DNA from: Bacteroidota bacterium
GTDB lineage: Bacteria > Bacteroidota > Bacteroidia > AKYH767-A > OLB10
Length of the DNA: 64,000 bases
Assembly: GCA_046303115.1 (NCBI GenBank)
Contig: JBKCGZ010000100.1
Location: 10,928-74,927 of the forward strand
Direction of reading: 5' to 3'
This document shows positions 58,943 through 64,000 of this stretch, piece after piece. The translations under genes were made by a program, and so were the position numbers. Every line of letters begins with the position of its first letter. Position 1 is the stretch's first letter. Under the pieces are notes generated by a model, which saw only the letters and a list, made by a program, of their open reading frames with translations, did not search any database and had not been told where the DNA came from.

Positions 58943-59035
58943 ATGCCTTCAGGTAAAAAACGTAAGCGCCATAAAATGGCAACCCACAAACGTAAAAAGC
59001 GTCTTAGAAAAAACCGTCATAAGAAGAAGAAATAA
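58943..59035 (+). CDS. 30-aa highly basic protein, likely small-subunit ribosomal protein bS22
   Basis: Not in the track. MPSGKKRKRHKMATHKRKKRLRKNRHKKKK*. It resembles the [20 protein letters not shown] pattern recalled for actinobacterial/Bacteroidota bS22. Confidence 0.6.
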   Translation: MPSGKKRKRHKMATHKRKKRLRKNRHKKKK

Positions 59036-59172
59036 TCTGTAATAACAGGTTATTTCAAACAACAGATTCTGCTCTAATTTTTTTAGGGCTTTTCTGCTTT
59101 GTATGACTATGGACATTCAATTTATCTGTCCGTATTGTTTGTATATTCTAAATTTTAACCAGCTTTTTCTGA

Positions 59173-60735
59173 TTGAACAGTGAATTAATTATTGATTCTT
59201 CTTCAACCGAAGTGACTATTGCTTTGGTGGAAGAGAAGCGTCTCGTAGAGCTCAACAAAGAGAAAAAAGAAAATAATTTCTCGGTTGCGGATATCTATTT
59301 GGGACGTGTTAAGAAACTCATGCCTTCATTGAACGCAGCTTTTGTTGACATTGGCTATGAGAAGGATGCTTTCTTACACTACCTTGATCTTGGTCCACAG
59401 GTGCAGTCGCTACTAAAGTTTATGCGTAGCACAGTTAATGGTAGCCAGCCGCAATCATTATTGAATAACTTCGAGCTAGAAGCCGACATTAACAAGGCAG
59501 GTAAAATAGGTCAGATTCTTTCTCCAAACATGAATCTGATCGTTCAAATTGCGAAAGAGCCAATCTCGACAAAAGGTCCTCGTATCACTTCCGAAATTTC
59601 TCTTGCAGGAAGATACGTTGTATTAGTTCCTTTTTCGGATGTCGTTTCGATTTCTCAAAAGATTAAAAGCAGTACCGAACGCCAACGCTTAAAGCGATTG
59701 GCCATGTCGATCAAGCCTCGCAACTTTGGAATTATTGTAAGAACTGTCGCTGAAGGTAAAAAAGTAGCGGATCTTGATGCTGATATCCAAGATCTATGTT
59801 CGCGCTGGCAAGCAATGCACGAACAGCTAAAAACTGTTCAGGCTCCTGTTAAAATTTTAGGAGAGATGAATAGAACTTCTACTATTCTTCGTGATTTATT
59901 AAATCCAAACTTTAATAGTATTCAAGTGAATGATGTTTCATTAGCTGAAGAAATTAAAAGTTATATCCGCAGTATTGCTCCTGATCAGGTAGATATTGTA
60001 AAGCTTTATAAAGGCAAACTACCAATTTTTGAAAACTTTGGAGTAGACAAACAAATAAAAGGCTTGTTCGGTAAGACGGTAACGTTAAGTGGTGGTGCCT
60101 ATTTAATTATTGAGCACACCGAAGCGCTACATGTGATTGATGTCAATTCAGGAGGCAGAAATAAAGGTGCTCAGGACAATCAAGAGTCGAGTGCTTTAGC
60201 CGTAAACATTGCTGCCGCAAAAGAAATTGCTCGTCAGTTGCGCTTGCGCGATATGGGTGGAATCGTGGTAATCGATTTTATCGATATGAAGAATACACTT
60301 CATCGTAAAGAGTTATTCGACACTTTACGCGATGAGATGAAATTAGATCGTGCGCGTCATACTATTTTACCAGCAAGTAAATTTGGATTGATTCAATTAA
60401 CTCGTGAACGTGTACGTCCTGTTACCAATATTATCACCGTTGAGAAATGTCCTACATGCGATGGTAGTGGTGAAATAAAAGCTTCTATCCTTTTAATTGA
60501 CGATATCGAAAACAACATTCGTTATTTATGTCAGGAGCAGAACGAGAAATCACTTACGTTACATGTTCATCCTTACCTGGCAGCTTACTTAAAGCAAGGG
60601 AAGTATACGTTTAACTCATATCAATGGAAGTGGTTTAAGAAATATAAAAAGTGGATTGCTATCGATCCTATTTCAGCACTTCATTTTATGGAGTATCATT
60701 TTTTCAATAATCAAGGAGAAGAAATTAAACTTTAA
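59173..60735 (+). CDS. rng: Ribonuclease E/G family (RNase G-like)
   Basis: 520 aa with a TTG start. S1 domain (DIYLGRVKKLMPSLNAAFVDIG), DNase-I-like catalytic region (HVIDVNSG) and a CPTCDGSG zinc-link. Confidence 0.9.
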   Translation: MNSELIIDSSSTEVTIALVEEKRLVELNKEKKENNFSVADIYLGRVKKLMPSLNAAFVDIGYEKDAFLHYLDLGPQVQSLLKFMRSTVNGSQPQSLLNNFELEADINKAGKIGQILSPNMNLIVQIAKEPISTKGPRITSEISLAGRYVVLVPFSDVVSISQKIKSSTERQRLKRLAMSIKPRNFGIIVRTVAEGKKVADLDADIQDLCSRWQAMHEQLKTVQAPVKILGEMNRTSTILRDLLNPNFNSIQVNDVSLAEEIKSYIRSIAPDQVDIVKLYKGKLPIFENFGVDKQIKGLFGKTVTLSGGAYLIIEHTEALHVIDVNSGGRNKGAQDNQESSALAVNIAAAKEIARQLRLRDMGGIVVIDFIDMKNTLHRKELFDTLRDEMKLDRARHTILPASKFGLIQLTRERVRPVTNIITVEKCPTCDGSGEIKASILLIDDIENNIRYLCQEQNEKSLTLHVHPYLAAYLKQGKYTFNSYQWKWFKKYKKWIAIDPISALHFMEYHFFNNQGEEIKL

Positions 60736-63326
60736 TTTCTTTGTTCCGCAATTATAATTGGCTTACGGATTTTTTGTAGTTGTCCTTGATCAGAAATTAT
60801 TTCCGCATACAAAATATAAATTCCTGAAGGCAAAACACGATTGCGTTCGTCCGTTCCATCCCAGATTAGTTTATCATTACTGCCAATTAAATCTGCATTT
60901 AATAATTGCTTGATTTTATTTCCGTTTAAATCAATAATTAGAATAGATGACCATCCTCCACCGATATTCGAATTAATTTCAATCAGTGTATGATCATCAA
61001 AGCCATCGTTATCAGGAGAGAAAACGGTTGGAGTTATGCTAATAATTGTTTCTTCTTTTGAACCATCAATGGCCTGCGAATTTTTTAATGTTGGCGTTGC
61101 ATAACCTGATGCATAAGAGGCGCTACTCCAGTTTTCATCATTAGAAGTTGAAACATCAGCGCTTATTCGTTCGAGAGAAACTCCTTCGTTAATAGTTAGT
61201 AATTGTGAATGTTGTTTTTCAAAATATTTGAGTTCATCAATAACAACTGCAGCGGCATCCAAAAACAAAATACTTCCTTCATCATCATTCATTACTGGCA
61301 ATTCATAAAACATCGATTTACTAATTTGTGCTGATGGATAACAATTAAAATAGTTGTCGTTGGTATTACTTAAAACCAAATAATCCTTTGGCATGATCAC
61401 CAAATTATCAATGGTAACTTTTGAATTATATTCTATCTGATTAGTGGTACTATTCCTACGCGAACAACTACAATTTTTGATCGAAATTATTTTATCAGAC
61501 TTATTATACACCTCAACAAAGTCGACACAGTTATCATAAGGATTAAACATAATTTCATTGATGATTAAATCGCCTTTAACAGGAGAAACGCCAATACCAA
61601 ATTGGTATTTATTATCAGGAAGTATCTTATTTCCATTACAGTCAATAATATCATTCAATTGTAACCAATGCACTTCATTTGGCAACAATGTAAGGTTAAC
61701 TTGCAGCGTAATTTTGCTAGAGTATATTTTGCCTGCAGTAATTGATAGAGGATTTATTTGCTCATCAATAATAAAATCGTTTACCGATAAACTATCTACA
61801 TTTACCTCTTCATTGAATAGAACTGATACATGATTACTATCCATAACAAAAACAGATTGCACCATCGGATGATCCGCATCAATAAAAATATGATTACTGC
61901 AATTGGCTAATCCAGGACTGCCTCCACTTGCATCACAGGATGCGCTCCAGTTATTTGAATTGGCGCACATATAATCGAGTTGAATTTTCTCTAACGACCA
62001 TCCTCCCTGGCTTTTAAATTCATCGTGATAAAAAGAAGAATTATAAATTAATACATCTAAAACGTTTGAAGCGTCTTTTAATACCAACTCATCTCCATCA
62101 TTATTTAATGTTGGAAATCCTGAAATCACCTTTGCATCAATACCAAATGCTTCGAGTTGCAATTTTCCAGTAATACTTGTGAAAACAACATGACATTTTG
62201 GACAAATAGTATCATTCGAAAACATCCCTGTCGAAGAAGGATCACTTAATGTAAGTGATTTTGTTGCGAGATATTTATTGGAACTATTATACAGCTCTAA
62301 ATATTCTACATTAGGTAAATTATTTGCACCTGAAGGATGACACATGACCTCGCTAATCACCAAATCACCAACAGCAATCGTATCGCAACGAATAAAAACA
62401 AGATTACTTAAAATGGTATCGGCAATATTTGAACTCCTATCTTGAATATCCTTCAATAAAATTTTTAACGTATCTCCGCTGTTAATTTGATTTGCTAATT
62501 CAATCTGAAAAATACTTGAATCGTTATTAGCGAAAATATTTACAGGATAATTACTTGATTGCAACAATTGAAAATTTGAATTCAGATTAAATCCTTTAAG
62601 AGACTCGTTAAAATCAATTTCGATAATTGTATCATTTATAAATTTCGATTCAATTAAAAAAGGACAAACCGTATCGCGAATAAAGCTTCCAGCATACACA
62701 TTATCTAAATAAAATCCAGAAGCGTTACTTACCGTATAAGTGCATTGCCAACCTAAATAGCCATTGCTAAAATTAATAGTATCATTTACAGAAAATTCCA
62801 ATTGATAATTATTACCACCCGTATAATCGGTATAGATTTCAATCAATCCGTTAGGATATTTTATCACCTTAATACTTACACCAAACGCTGAAGCAACTCT
62901 TGCATCTACACCCCTACCAAGCAACGAATTTACATTGCCACTTTGCTTATAAAATTGAATTGCATCATTTGATCCTGTTTCACCAAACTGAAGATAATAC
63001 CCATCTGCATTAGCAAAATTGTTTTGCGCTGAGTACAGATAATACTTTGTATAATTTTGAGAAGAAGGAGAGAAAGCAAGCTCGATATAAAAATCCCATT
63101 CGATTGTATCCATTCCTGATAAATCAACAGCAGTAGTTAAAGTCGAAGTGCCAGCTGCTGCAGCATGTAATTGTAGTTGCTTAACTGAGTTCACCATAAA
63201 ATCAACGGTATCCCCTGACCAACATGGGTTATTATTAAAATTTCCATCGGCAAAATCATCGGAAACCTGCGAATAAGAAAATTGAAAGCAATGAACTAAA
63301 ATCAAAAGAGTAATGAGGTGCTTCAT
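60732..63326 (-). CDS. Large secreted protein with two lamin-tail domains and a T9SS type-B-like / FlgD-Ig-like C-terminal domain
   Basis: 864 aa with a signal peptide (...SYSQ). LTD signatures LVISEVM...VEYLELYNSS and LIINEIMFNP...DFVEVYNKS. The C-terminus reads FSPDNDGFDD...WDGTDE...PSGIYILYAEI. Confidence 0.65.
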   Translation of the reverse strand: MKHLITLLILVHCFQFSYSQVSDDFADGNFNNNPCWSGDTVDFMVNSVKQLQLHAAAAGTSTLTTAVDLSGMDTIEWDFYIELAFSPSSQNYTKYYLYSAQNNFANADGYYLQFGETGSNDAIQFYKQSGNVNSLLGRGVDARVASAFGVSIKVIKYPNGLIEIYTDYTGGNNYQLEFSVNDTINFSNGYLGWQCTYTVSNASGFYLDNVYAGSFIRDTVCPFLIESKFINDTIIEIDFNESLKGFNLNSNFQLLQSSNYPVNIFANNDSSIFQIELANQINSGDTLKILLKDIQDRSSNIADTILSNLVFIRCDTIAVGDLVISEVMCHPSGANNLPNVEYLELYNSSNKYLATKSLTLSDPSSTGMFSNDTICPKCHVVFTSITGKLQLEAFGIDAKVISGFPTLNNDGDELVLKDASNVLDVLIYNSSFYHDEFKSQGGWSLEKIQLDYMCANSNNWSASCDASGGSPGLANCSNHIFIDADHPMVQSVFVMDSNHVSVLFNEEVNVDSLSVNDFIIDEQINPLSITAGKIYSSKITLQVNLTLLPNEVHWLQLNDIIDCNGNKILPDNKYQFGIGVSPVKGDLIINEIMFNPYDNCVDFVEVYNKSDKIISIKNCSCSRRNSTTNQIEYNSKVTIDNLVIMPKDYLVLSNTNDNYFNCYPSAQISKSMFYELPVMNDDEGSILFLDAAAVVIDELKYFEKQHSQLLTINEGVSLERISADVSTSNDENWSSASYASGYATPTLKNSQAIDGSKEETIISITPTVFSPDNDGFDDHTLIEINSNIGGGWSSILIIDLNGNKIKQLLNADLIGSNDKLIWDGTDERNRVLPSGIYILYAEIISDQGQLQKIRKPIIIAEQRN

Positions 63327-63470
63327 AAATTATTTTTTGGCAAAACTATAATGAGGTCGTACCTTTTACCCCATAACAAACATTTACAAACGTTTAACTT
63401 CAAGATTTGTGACAATAGTCACCAACTCATTTTTATAAATACCTATCTTCGTTCCGCCTTACCGAAAAAA

Positions 63471-64000
63471 ATGATTCGCAAGTCACTATTTATCCTTGCC
63501 CTAGTTGTATGCACGATGCCATTTATGCATCCACCATTAGCGTTGCTATTGGGATTTATTATTGCGCAGACAATTGAGAATCCATTTGAAAAATACAGTC
63601 ATAAAGCTACCAACTGGCTTTTAAAATCATCCATCGTTTTACTTGGTTTCGGAATGAACTTGCACAAAGCATTTGATGCCGGTAAAACAGGATTCATATT
63701 CACCATTTTTTCTATTGGCATCACCTTACTTGCTGGATGGTTACTCGGAAGAAAATTAGGAGTAGATAATAAAACATCATTTTTAATATCGAGCGGAACC
63801 GCTATTTGTGGTGGAAGTGCCATTGCAGCGGTTTCACCAATTGTTCAAGCTAACGAAAAGGAAATGAGTGTGTCGTTAGGAACAGTATTTATTTTAAATT
63901 CTATTGCTTTATTGATTTTTCCAATTATTGGTCATTTATTGCACATGAGTGAGCATCAATTCGGACTATGGGCGGCAGTTGCTATTCATGATACAAGTTC
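63471..64000 (+). CDS. YeiH/UPF0324 family putative sulfate exporter-type membrane protein, N-terminal part (runs off window end)
   Basis: Open at the window end, so not in the track. MIRKSLFILALVVC...SSGTAICGGSAIAAVSP... (the TAICGGSAIAA motif is characteristic of YeiH). Confidence 0.7.
   Translation, partial: MIRKSLFILALVVCTMPFMHPPLALLLGFIIAQTIENPFEKYSHKATNWLLKSSIVLLGFGMNLHKAFDAGKTGFIFTIFSIGITLLAGWLLGRKLGVDNKTSFLISSGTAICGGSAIAAVSPIVQANEKEMSVSLGTVFILNSIALLIFPIIGHLLHMSEHQFGLWAAVAIHDTS

Noticed and set aside
59034-59068. Hairpin AATCTGT-N21-ACAGATT after the bS22-like ORF, as a terminator or rng leader structure
   Set aside because: A 7-bp AU-rich stem with a 21-nt loop and no adjacent T-tract (the T-run comes 10 nt later). 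This is too weak to call a terminator or an autoregulatory RNase leader.

Overview
The window looks like AT-rich Bacteroidota chromosome. Supporting signs are gldD, T9SS-type C-terminal sorting domains, TAnnTTTG -7 promoter motifs, a bS22-like mini-ORF and little Shine-Dalgarno signal. It is densely coded, mostly with housekeeping genes. From left to right these are: recG (partial), csp, adenine deaminase, feoAB and an SprT-like gene. A minus-strand array follows (EEP nuclease, SixA-like phosphatase, Lys-rich protein, ppk1, ppx), divergent from a TonB-dependent receptor plus an OB-like lipoprotein. Then come purH, mreBCD-mrdA-rodA and waaA. Next is a 10-kb block of nucleotide-sugar genes only: WbpE/B/D-like, two or three sugar dehydrogenases, UXS, galE, rfbB, a WbpP-like epimerase and a CpsB phosphatase. 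After that are trpS, plsC, bacilliredoxin, an orphan receiver, tadA, pyk, an M42 peptidase and an FtsX-type permease. The right end holds an SPFH gene, gldD, ssb, mutY, HU, a TPR gene, rng, a large lamin-tail-domain protein and yeiH (partial). No rRNA, tRNA or CRISPR was seen. The most interesting result is an ~8.2-kb block (46249-54417) bounded by ~79-bp direct repeats. The repeats duplicate a terminator plus the last 7 codons of the SPFH gene, which resembles attL/attR, but no integrase is present. The block carries an AraC regulator, a secreted PDZ / alpha-beta hydrolase / BNR-propeller fusion, and an ABC ATPase with a 1191-aa double ABC-2 permease fused to an M1 (HEMAH...SEGFA) metallopeptidase. 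Other notable items are a PETase/cutinase-like esterase with a T9SS sorting domain just left of the block, and a tandemly duplicated ~140-bp intergenic element with a GC-rich hairpin next to an 8-bp microsatellite. Two small ORFs are missing from the supplied track (a bS22-like ribosomal protein and a 44-aa lipoprotein). There is also a candidate extracellular-DNA / polyphosphate gene neighbourhood. All family assignments come from motif recognition by eye; no database search was run.
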